Assembly: GCA_037441385.1 (NCBI GenBank)
Contig: JBBISH010000097.1
Span: 1 to 24,516 of the forward strand
DNA: 24,516 nt
Direction of reading: 5' to 3'
Source of the DNA: Myxococcales bacterium
Lineage (GTDB): Bacteria; Myxococcota_A; UBA9042
Positions within the stretch are counted from its first letter, which is position 1, and each line of letters opens with the position of its first letter. Positions 17,122 through 24,516 of the stretch are shown in pieces. Position numbers and translations under genes: made by a program. The notes beneath the pieces were generated by a model. The model worked only from the letters and a program-made list of their open reading frames with translations, had not been told where the DNA came from and searched no databases.

Positions 17122-19173
17122 TCAGCGAATCGCCATCCAGATCGCCAGTGCTACCGCGATCGCCCCCGAGACTCCGGCGACGATCCAGAGTATTTTGATG
17201 GTCTTGCCCTGGTCGGGGCTGCTCGGTGGGGCGCTTGGCACCGGCGCAATCACGGTGGCCAGCTGGGTCGCCGCTACGTGGAGGCCGGGTTGACGCGGAT
17301 CGGGCGGCGGAACGGGTTCCACGCCAAGGCCCTGCTGCGTCGGTGAGCGATCGTCGGCGTGGGTGTGGCGGGCCGGCGGCCGCCGGGTGTGGCTGTGGGC
17401 CGGCGCATGGGCCGAAGGGGGCCGCGGCAGGCCAGCGCGGTTGGGCGGCGGCGGCACCGGGGCCACCTGTTCTGTCGCCGCCGTGGTCGAATCATGGCCG
17501 CCGCTTTCGTGCGACGCCGCGCGATCGCGGGCTGGCGCGACTTCGGGCACGGTCGGGATCTGCGAGATCGCGTGGGCCGGCGGCGGGCCGCTCGGCGGAC
17601 CACTGGTGGGTGGCGGACCGCTGGGTGGGCCACTCATCGGCGGGCCACTCATCGGCGGGGCACTTATCGGCGGGGCACTTATCGGCGGGCCGGCAGCAGC
17701 GCGCTTGGCCACCATCTCGGCCACCGCCTTGCCCACGCCCACGCCCACCAGGGTCCGGCCCTCGGCAGCATCCCCGTCGCCAAACCCGTGGTGCTTGGGC
17801 CTGTGCGCGTCTTGTGGCGGCGCCAGCGTCGACGGCAAGTCACTGGGCAGATCCCCTGGCAGATCGCCGGGCAAATCGTCCGGAATCCCGGCCGTGGCCA
17901 GTTGGCCCTCTTCGTCCAACTCGCGAACAGTCAGCCGGTGCTCGCCCATTGGCCCACGCGCCATGTCGGTCGCGACGGTCTTGTCCTCGGTGTCCGTTCC
18001 AAAGCTGTGGAACACGCGCTTGCCCAGCATCGGCGCACCCACCGGCGGGTTGTGCGCGGGCCGCGCCTCTGTGGGCGCCGTGTTCGCCTGGGCCGGGGGA
18101 ATGACTGGCAGCTGCGGCGCCGCCGCGGGTTGCGCGACCGCCGGGTGCATCCCGGCGCTGGGTGGCCGAAAATGAATGGGCGGCTTGACTGGCGCGGCCG
18201 GTTCGGGCGCGGCCGGCGCTTGCGGGGGCAACTGCGGCGGCACCTGTGGCGGCACCTGCGGCGGGTACTGTGGCTTGCTGTCGCCGTGGGCATCGCTCTC
18301 GTGGCGCAGCTCCGTGGCGATCTTGGCCAGCTCGTCGCGCACCACCGAAGCCGAGGCCGGCCGATCGGCGGCTTTCTTGGCTAGCAGGCGCGTGATCAGC
18401 AAGTCCAGGCCCGCCGGCGCCTTGATGCCCTGGGCCGCCAGTGTGGGCGCCGGCGACTTGACGTGCTTGAGCAGGATGTCGATGACGCTGGGCCCGTCGA
18501 ACGGTGGATCGCCGGTGATCAACTCGTAGAGCACGGCGCCGACCGCGTACAAATCCGCGTGCGGGCCTACCGACTTGCCCTCCACCTGTTCGGGCGCCAT
18601 GTAGTGGGGCGTGCCAAAAACCGACCCTGCGCGGGTCAGCGCCGCCGTCACCATTTCGGTCGGCAGCTTGGCGATCGAAAAGTCCAGCACCTTGACGAAA
18701 TCGCCGCCCCCATGCTCGATCAGGAACAGATTTTCCGGTTTGATATCGCGGTGAACGATGCCCTGGCTATGGGCCACCGACAGCGCCGCACAGAGCTGCT
18801 CACAGATCGTCAGCGCTCGCTCGATGCCGATCGCCCCGTCGCTTTCCAGCACGTCCGCCAGCGGCTTGCCAGTCAGGATTTCCATGACGACGTAAACGGT
18901 TCCGTTGAACTCACCCACGTCGTGCACGGTGATGATGTTGGGGTGGTGCAGGGCGGCTGCCGCTCGCGCCTCGCGAATCAGACGTTTGGCAGCGACCGGA
19001 TCGCCTGCGACGTCCCGGCGCAGCACCTTGATCGCCACCTCGCGGCCCAGGTTGCGGTCTGCGGCCTTGTACACGATCGCCATGCCGCCCTTGCCCAGGC
19101 GCGACTGCAGCAGGTAGCGGTCGGCAAAGACCGTACCCAGCAGCGGATCGTGTTCGTTCTGGTCTTGACTCAT
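17122..19173 (-). CDS. Hanks-type Ser/Thr protein kinase with long Pro-rich linker and C-terminal membrane anchor
   Basis: LGKGGMAIVY, VAIK, HHPNII, HRDIKPEN, VKVLDFSIAK, GTPHYMAPEQ, ADLYAVG; terminal TM ILWIVAGVSGAIAVALAIWMAIR. Start trimmed to ATG 19173. Confidence 0.93.
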   Translation of the reverse strand: MSQDQNEHDPLLGTVFADRYLLQSRLGKGGMAIVYKAADRNLGREVAIKVLRRDVAGDPVAAKRLIREARAAAALHHPNIITVHDVGEFNGTVYVVMEILTGKPLADVLESDGAIGIERALTICEQLCAALSVAHSQGIVHRDIKPENLFLIEHGGGDFVKVLDFSIAKLPTEMVTAALTRAGSVFGTPHYMAPEQVEGKSVGPHADLYAVGAVLYELITGDPPFDGPSVIDILLKHVKSPAPTLAAQGIKAPAGLDLLITRLLAKKAADRPASASVVRDELAKIATELRHESDAHGDSKPQYPPQVPPQVPPQLPPQAPAAPEPAAPVKPPIHFRPPSAGMHPAVAQPAAAPQLPVIPPAQANTAPTEARPAHNPPVGAPMLGKRVFHSFGTDTEDKTVATDMARGPMGEHRLTVRELDEEGQLATAGIPDDLPGDLPGDLPSDLPSTLAPPQDAHRPKHHGFGDGDAAEGRTLVGVGVGKAVAEMVAKRAAAGPPISAPPISAPPMSGPPMSGPPSGPPPTSGPPSGPPPAHAISQIPTVPEVAPARDRAASHESGGHDSTTAATEQVAPVPPPPNRAGLPRPPSAHAPAHSHTRRPPARHTHADDRSPTQQGLGVEPVPPPDPRQPGLHVAATQLATVIAPVPSAPPSSPDQGKTIKILWIVAGVSGAIAVALAIWMAIR
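17627..17689. repeat. In-frame 15-bp tandem repeat x4 in the kinase linker (PPISA/PPMSG)
   Basis: gggccactcatcggc x2 then ggggcacttatcggc x2. Confidence 0.85.
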
Positions 19174-19225
19174 GGGCTCGCCGCCAACCTGTGCGCTCGG
19201 GCTGCCGTCGCCCTGCCTGCGCCCC

Positions 19226-19263
19226 TGCCACTTAGTTGGGTAGGTGCCACCCAGTTGGGTAGG
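19226..19263. repeat. 19-bp tandem direct repeat x2 upstream of the kinase gene
   Basis: tgccacttagttgggtagg / tgccacccagttgggtagg (17 of 19 identical). Confidence 0.8.
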
Positions 19264-19513
19264 ATTCGCGCGGCGGAAACGACTCACCGCTCGCACGCGC
19301 CTTGACGGGGAATTCAGGTGCGGCCGGTGCCGAACGAAGATACGCAAAAAGCCGGCCACCTGCAAGCTTCAGTCATCGGCCATCGCAAGGCGGTTCGGGC
19401 TTTCGGCGTGGCGACCGTGTGCTGAAACGGAATCCGTCTGAATCTCGCTCGTTGCACAATCGGTCCCAGAACCATTGCCGGCGCGAATTCGGTGCGATTC
19501 GTGGAACACGCAT

Positions 19514-19543
19514 TTGACAGCGACCCGTGTCCGCACCTACACT
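19514..19543 (+). promoter_or_regulatory. Sigma70-type promoter of rpoZ
   Basis: TTGACA (19514-19519), 18-nt spacer, TACACT (19538-19543), 47 nt before the GTG start. Confidence 0.7.
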
Positions 19544-19590
19544 TCCCGGCCCGCCCCCTGCCGGTGCGGCGTTTCGTTCTGGAGGAAAGA

Positions 19591-19812
19591 GTGGCTCGCA
19601 TCACCATTGAAGACTGCCTGGACACCGTGCCGAACCGCTTTGCGTTGGTGATCATGGCCTCCAAGCGCGCTCGCCAGTTGGTCGACGGCGCGGCCCCCAG
19701 CATCGAGACCAAGAACAAGGAGTGCGTCACGTCGCTCCGCGAAGCCGCCGACGGCCGAATTCGCTTTACCAAGGCCGTGATGCCGCTCATCGAGCGCCAC
19801 CTGCGCGACTGA
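19591..19812 (+). CDS. rpoZ: DNA-directed RNA polymerase subunit omega
   Basis: MARITIEDCLDTVPNRFALVIMASKRARQL...NKECVTSLRE; GGAGG SD at 19581; GTG start. Confidence 0.95.
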   Translation: MARITIEDCLDTVPNRFALVIMASKRARQLVDGAAPSIETKNKECVTSLREAADGRIRFTKAVMPLIERHLRD

Positions 19813-19828
19813 TCCGCACCGCTGGCGC

Positions 19829-19895
19829 GCCGGGCCCTGCTTGTGTTTGCCGGGCCCGCTTGTGTGTGCCGGGCCCGCTTGTGTGTGCCGGGCCC
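19829..19895. repeat. 19-bp tandem repeat, about 3.5 copies, downstream of rpoZ
   Basis: gcttgtgt(t/g)tgccgggccc at 19839, 19858 and 19877, plus a partial gccgggccc at 19829. Confidence 0.9.
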
Positions 19896-20108
19896 TATTC
19901 CGCCCTGGCAGCACGCCCGCTCGACCGCGCGAACTAGACTAATCCATTGAATTCAGAGCGCAAGCTCCGCAAGCCGGGCAGAACCGGGCGTCGGAGCCCG
20001 TGCACCGTCCGCACGTCCGCTTCACCGATCGCTCAGCGCACGGCGTGGCGACCCGGTGCATTGCATTGGTCTTTGTGCGTTGTGGGCGCCGGGCGGCATG
20101 GTGCTGGG

Positions 20109-20915
20109 CTACTTGCCGTCGCAGCCGAAGCGCTCCAGGCGGCTGCGGGCCTCTAGGACCCGGGTCGCAAAGCCTACGTTGCCGGGAAGTTCGCCCCGCA
20201 TGCGGGCCCGACTGGTGCCGGCGGGGCCGCTGTTGTAGGCACACAAGGCGTAGAGCAGGTCGCCTTGGTAGCGGTTCATTAGCCGAATCAAATAGTTTGC
20301 AGCTGCGTCGGCTTGGCAGGCGGCGTCGATGTTGTCGGTGCAGCCCAGCGCGCGCGCCGTAGACGGTAGCATCTGCATGATGCCCACCGCGCCGGCCGGC
20401 GACTCCACGTTGGGGTTGAAGCCGGACTCGACCCACGCCAGCGCCAACAGCAGATAGGGATCCAGGCCGCGGCGGGTGGCCGCGCGCTCTAGGGGCGCCC
20501 GGTGCAGCCGGCAGCGCTGCGTCATGCGCTCGCTGATCGTCAGTGCTCGGCCCGGGCGATAGGTCTCGCCGTCGCCGCCGTGGTCGGCGTCCAGCGCCGC
20601 GTCGTCGTCGATACTAGCCAGAGCGGCTCGCTCGCCAAGGGCCAAGGGCGGTCGGCGCGGCGGATCCCAGCCTTCGCCGTCGCTGTCGACCAAGGCGCGC
20701 AAAGTGGGACCGCCGGGGCGGATCACCGCGAGCTGGGTGGCGCAGCCGGTCTGCATCGCCAGCACTAGCCCAGCGGCGACCAGCCACGCTCGCACCGTGG
20801 GCCGGGGCGGGCAGGGCAGCAATGCGCTCGGCAGCGCCAGTTGGGAGTGCGCCGTGGGTGGCGCCATGCAGACCTCGGTCGCGATACGATCGCGCAGGGG
20901 CAGACGATCTGCCAT
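20109..20915 (-). CDS. Lytic transglycosylase, SLT domain, possible lipoprotein
   Basis: ALAWVESGFNP (catalytic ES), SPAGAVGIMQMLPSTA, ALCAYNSG; hydrophobic segment ending MQTG-C. The true start may be 20868 or later. Confidence 0.88.
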   Translation of the reverse strand: MADRLPLRDRIATEVCMAPPTAHSQLALPSALLPCPPRPTVRAWLVAAGLVLAMQTGCATQLAVIRPGGPTLRALVDSDGEGWDPPRRPPLALGERAALASIDDDAALDADHGGDGETYRPGRALTISERMTQRCRLHRAPLERAATRRGLDPYLLLALAWVESGFNPNVESPAGAVGIMQMLPSTARALGCTDNIDAACQADAAANYLIRLMNRYQGDLLYALCAYNSGPAGTSRARMRGELPGNVGFATRVLEARSRLERFGCDGK

Positions 20916-20949
20916 ATAGATTCAAGCATGTCTAGCCTGAATTCACATT

Positions 20950-20958
20950 TTATCCACA
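20950..20958 (+). promoter_or_regulatory. Perfect DnaA box TTATCCACA
   Basis: Exact consensus match in an AT-rich patch of the divergent intergenic region; single copy. Confidence 0.55.
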
Positions 20959-21122
20959 GGCTGGCCGAATCCGAAAGGATCCTGGGGAGGTGGCGATCGC
21001 CCGCCCGGCACGGATTCCAGGTGGCGCGCACCACCGCGTTGGGTTACATTGTTCGCCGCTCGTCCAGGGATCCGGCGCCACACGGGCCCGCTTGCCGGCC
21101 GGGCACGAACGCAAGGAGCAGC

Positions 21123-21848
21123 ATGGGTTTGTTCGACTTTTTGGGCGGCGGCAAAGATCCGCAGAAGAACATCGACCGCATCAAGCGGCGCCTGATGGAC
21201 CAGTATCGCCAGACGCACGAGCGCTACGAGGCGATGGACGATCTGGCCAAGCTCGGCACGCCCGCAGCCTTGGAGGCCATGCTCGAGCGGTTCACGCTGC
21301 GCGTCAGCGGGCCCACGGTGGACGAAGAGGAAAAGGACTACTGCTATCAGCAGATTGCCAAGTGGGGCAAGGAAGCCGAAGTGCCGCTCCGCCACTTCAT
21401 CGCGACGCGCGACGCCGTGTATTTCCCGCTCAAGGCGCTGCGCGAGCTGGCTGGCGAGGACGCCGCGGTCGAGGCGCTGCTGCACGCCATCCAGGACTGC
21501 GATCCGGGCTACCACGAGGGTCTCGAGCGGCTGCGCGAGATCGTCAGCAACTTGCGCGATTTCCAGCACGATCGCGTCCGCGACGCCTTGGTCGGGCTGC
21601 TGAGCTCGCGTTCCAACGAAATTCGCTTCTACGCGCTGGATGGTCTGTCGACCTACCCCGGCGAGCAGGTGGCGCAGCACTTTGCCGAGCGGATGCTGGA
21701 CCCCGACGAGTCGATGCGGGTCAAGTCGCTCGCCTTCGAGCTCGCGCTCGAGCACGAACTGCCGCTGGGTCCGTGGGCCGAGCCGCTCCAAGCGGCCATT
21801 CCGCCTAACTATGTCTTGGGCGAGGACGGCAAGCTGCAGCGTTCGTAG
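21123..21848 (+). CDS. Hypothetical HEAT/ARM-repeat-like helical protein
   Basis: AAGGAG SD before ATG 21123; HEAT-like segments (RYEAMDDLAKLGTPAALEAML; VRDALVGLLSSRSNEIRFYALDGL; LDPDESMRVK). Confidence 0.75.
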   Translation: MGLFDFLGGGKDPQKNIDRIKRRLMDQYRQTHERYEAMDDLAKLGTPAALEAMLERFTLRVSGPTVDEEEKDYCYQQIAKWGKEAEVPLRHFIATRDAVYFPLKALRELAGEDAAVEALLHAIQDCDPGYHEGLERLREIVSNLRDFQHDRVRDALVGLLSSRSNEIRFYALDGLSTYPGEQVAQHFAERMLDPDESMRVKSLAFELALEHELPLGPWAEPLQAAIPPNYVLGEDGKLQRS

Positions 21849-22013
21849 CGGCTTTTCGCGCCGGCGCTCCTCGGCCAAGCTGGGAGCCGCAGCCGCGCGT
21901 CTTGGGCACAAGTCGATAGCCAAGAGGCTGCGCAAGTCGTAGTGGCTGTGGTAGCTTTGGCGTAACTTTTGGTGGCTCCCGGCCTCTAGCGGGGGCAGAG
22001 TAAGAGGAATTGC

Positions 22014-22490
22014 ATGTCGAACGGCACCCCGATCACCCCGCGCGGCTTGGCCAAGTTGCACGAGCAACTGCAGCATCTTCGCGAGGTCGAGCGTCCCAAG
22101 AACGTCCGCGACATTGAGGAAGCGCGCGCCCACGGCGACCTTCGCGAGAACGCCGAGTACCACGCGGCCAAAGAGCGCCAGGCCATGATTGCGGGCACGA
22201 TGCAGATGCTCGAGACAACCATCGCGACCGCCACCGTCATCGATCCCAAGACCCTCTCGGGCAGCCGGGTGGTGTTCGGCGCCACCGTCACCGTCACGGA
22301 TGTAGATACCGATCAGGAACTGGTCTACCAAATCGTGGGCGACTCCGAGGCCGACCTGAAACAGGGCCTCATCTCCATCAGTTCGCCCATCGCGCGCTCG
22401 CTCATCGGTCGCGAAGCGGGCGACGAAATCGTGGCCAACATGCCCGGCGGCAAGCGCTCGTTCGCCATCGAGAAGGTGGAGTTCAAGTGA
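22014..22490 (+). CDS. greA: Transcription elongation factor GreA
   Basis: PITPRG, VERP, EARAHGDLRENAEYHAAKE, VVFGATV, YQIVG..EAD, ISISSPIARSLIG. Confidence 0.96.
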   Translation: MSNGTPITPRGLAKLHEQLQHLREVERPKNVRDIEEARAHGDLRENAEYHAAKERQAMIAGTMQMLETTIATATVIDPKTLSGSRVVFGATVTVTDVDTDQELVYQIVGDSEADLKQGLISISSPIARSLIGREAGDEIVANMPGGKRSFAIEKVEFK

Positions 22491-22942
22491 AAGCGCGGAC
22501 TTTGCACCTGCCTGCCCACGTCGTCGGCGACGCGGACGCGATGGAGGCACTGGGCGCTCAACTGGCCGAGCAGGTCGGGCCCGGCGACGTGCTTGCTCTG
22601 GTGGGGCCGCTCGGTGCTGGCAAAACGACCTTGGTGCGCGGACTTGCGCGCGGCCTGCACCTAGACGCCGAGTCGGTGGCCAGCCCCACGTTTGCGCTCG
22701 CCCACACTTACCGTGGCGGCGACGTGACATTGTTGCACTTGGACTTGTATCGCATCACCCAGCCGGGCGAGGCCGAAGCGGCCGGCATCGAGGACCTGCT
22801 CTACGACGCCGAGGCCGTTGCGGTCGTCGAATGGCCCGAGCGCGCCTTGAACCTGATCCCCGACACCGCGATTTGGCTGCAGATCGACGTGGTGCCCGCG
22901 GGCCGCCGCATCGAGCAGGTTCTGCCGCCGCGAACGCCCTAA
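22487..22942 (+). CDS. tsaE: tRNA threonylcarbamoyladenosine biosynthesis ATPase TsaE
   Basis: GPLGAGKTT P-loop, VASPTF, HLDLYR, VVEWPER; GTGA overlap with greA. Confidence 0.94.
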   Translation: MKARTLHLPAHVVGDADAMEALGAQLAEQVGPGDVLALVGPLGAGKTTLVRGLARGLHLDAESVASPTFALAHTYRGGDVTLLHLDLYRITQPGEAEAAGIEDLLYDAEAVAVVEWPERALNLIPDTAIWLQIDVVPAGRRIEQVLPPRTP

Positions 22943-23112
22943 GATCGGATAAGTACACCGTCGCCAGACTGCAGACCCCAGCGCGATCGCCCCGCGGTTG
23001 CGGCCGGGCGCTGCGTTTGCGAAACTAGGAAGGTCGCGCGCCGGCCCGCCGGCTCCAGCGACTGCATTGTGTTTCTGCCGGGTCCTGGGTCCGCCAGAAA
23101 AAGGGGAGTTCG

Positions 23113-24516
23113 ATGATCAGGGGCAGTCAAGACCGCCACCCCATGCGCGGCACGGCGATAGGGCGACTCGCGACCGCGGCACTGGCAATGGTGCTCGCCG
23201 CGGCGTGCAGCGACCCCAACTCGGGCAACCAGGGCGGCGGCGCCTCGACCACCGGCAACGACGCAGATGGCAGCGGCATCAGCGGCTTTTCGGACTTGGG
23301 CCAGGTCAACAACGACAGTGCCTCGGCCGACATGACCTTTGGCGACTTCAAGACCGGGCCCGAGGATTTTGGCAAACCCTGCAACCAAGCGACAGACTGC
23401 GCCTCGGGCTGGTGCGTGCAGAACGACGTAGGCAAGGTTTGCAGCAAGAATTGCACAACCGAATGCGACCCCGGCTGGACCTGCAACCAGGTCCAAAGCG
23501 GCGTGGATACGGCCTTCATCTGCTTGCCCAAGTTCTTGCACCTGTGCGAACCTTGCGGTCAGTCTGCGGACTGCAACGAAAACAACGCTTTGGACCACAA
23601 GTGCGTGCCGTTCTCGAGCGGCAGCTTCTGCGGCGCCAAGTGCGACCCCAAGGCCAGCGACTGCCCCACCAACTACGCTTGCCAGGAAGTGCTGGACCCC
23701 GACAGCGGCAAAAACCTGTACCAGTGCATCCCCACCAGCGGCCAGTGCACGTGCTCGGCCCTCGCGATTGCCAACAAGGCATCCACGCCGTGTTCGGTCA
23801 AGAACGCCTTCGGCACCTGCACGGGGACGCGCTCGTGCAGCGTCGCCGGATTGTCGGCCTGCAACGCCAAGGTGCCCGCGATGGAGACCTGCAACGGCGT
23901 GGACGACGACTGCAACGGCAGCACCGACGACCTGGGCAGCAGCAACAAGTGCAAGACGACCAACGAGTTTGGCACCTGCGACGGCGGCCAGTACGTCTGC
24001 AAAGACGGCCAGCAAGTCTGCTCGGCGCCCGAGCCCAAGCCAGAGACGTGCAACGGCTACGACGACGACTGCGACGGCAAGACCGACGAGGGCCTGTGCG
24101 ACGACGGCAATCCCTGCACGGTCGACACGTGCAACACCGACGGATCGTGCAAGAACTTCCAGCCGCCCAACGCGGGCTGCGACGACGGCGACGCCTGTAC
24201 CAAGGAAGACAAGTGCATCGATGGCAAGTGCGTGGGCGGCGCGCTGCAGAACTGCGACGACCAGAACCCTTGCACCATCGACGTTTGCGACGTGGTCAAA
24301 GGCTGCGTCAAGACTCCCGCCGACGTGGGCAAACCCTGTCCCGACGACGGCGACCCCTGCACCAACGACGCCTGCGACGCCACCGGCAAGTGCCAGCACA
24401 CCACCCAGTCGGGCATCTGCACCATCAACGGGCAGTGCGTCGGCGCGGGCAGCATCGACCCCAGCAACCCCTGCAAGGTGTGCAACCCTCTGCAAAGCAA
24501 GACCGCGTACGTCCTG
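23113..24516 (+). CDS. Large Cys-rich extracellular lipoprotein with MopE-like metal-binding and Dictyostelium CTDC-like repeats; partial, runs off the window end
   Basis: Manual translation, open for 468 codons: AAGGGGAG SD, MIRGSQDRHPMRGTAIGRLATAALAMVLAAA-C, then FGKPCNQATDCASGWC..., ETCNGVDDDCNGSTDD, ETCNGYDDDCDGKTDE, CDDGNPCTVDTC, CDDQNPCTIDVC. Not in the ORF track. Alternative start 23143. Confidence 0.88.
   Translation, partial: MIRGSQDRHPMRGTAIGRLATAALAMVLAAACSDPNSGNQGGGASTTGNDADGSGISGFSDLGQVNNDSASADMTFGDFKTGPEDFGKPCNQATDCASGWCVQNDVGKVCSKNCTTECDPGWTCNQVQSGVDTAFICLPKFLHLCEPCGQSADCNENNALDHKCVPFSSGSFCGAKCDPKASDCPTNYACQEVLDPDSGKNLYQCIPTSGQCTCSALAIANKASTPCSVKNAFGTCTGTRSCSVAGLSACNAKVPAMETCNGVDDDCNGSTDDLGSSNKCKTTNEFGTCDGGQYVCKDGQQVCSAPEPKPETCNGYDDDCDGKTDEGLCDDGNPCTVDTCNTDGSCKNFQPPNAGCDDGDACTKEDKCIDGKCVGGALQNCDDQNPCTIDVCDVVKGCVKTPADVGKPCPDDGDPCTNDACDATGKCQHTTQSGICTINGQCVGAGSIDPSNPCKVCNPLQSKTAYVL

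Noticed and set aside
19226..19263. Sigma54 promoter from TGGCAC on the minus strand
   Set aside because: No TTGC -12 element at the required spacing.
19829..19895. Possible CRISPR array
   Set aside because: Repeats are head-to-tail without unique spacers, are only 19 bp, and no cas genes are present.

Overview
High-GC bacterial chromosomal window. Gene content (eukaryote-like Ser/Thr kinase, Cys-rich MopE/CTDC-repeat lipoprotein, Gly-rich RRM protein, FGE-domain protein) suggests Myxococcota/Deltaproteobacteria; this is an inference. In order: partial RRM RNA-binding protein; HSD17B10-like SDR divergent from a leucine-catabolism operon (liuB, liuC, split liuD, liuE); GT2 glycosyltransferase; a minus-strand trio (orphan Dam-family methyltransferase, exported protein of unknown function, FGE-domain protein); ahpC with terminator; a cytochrome c lipoprotein, an apparently inactivated C45/Ntn-hydrolase lipoprotein and an outer-membrane beta-barrel; mpg; a membrane protein; a Ser/Thr kinase with DFS in place of DFG; rpoZ; an SLT transglycosylase; a HEAT-like protein; greA-tsaE; and a partial Cys-rich lipoprotein. 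The two partial edge genes are absent from the supplied ORF track. The strongest unexplained signal is 11 GATC sites in 177 bp of non-coding DNA directly upstream of the Dam-type methylase, which retains the GATC-recognition residues. The sites are largely helically phased and sit with palindromes and a DnaA-box-like 9-mer: a candidate methylation-feedback switch or oriC-like element. The second is the pseudo-C45 lipoprotein/beta-barrel/cytochrome c module. No tRNA, rRNA, CRISPR array or mobile element was recognised.
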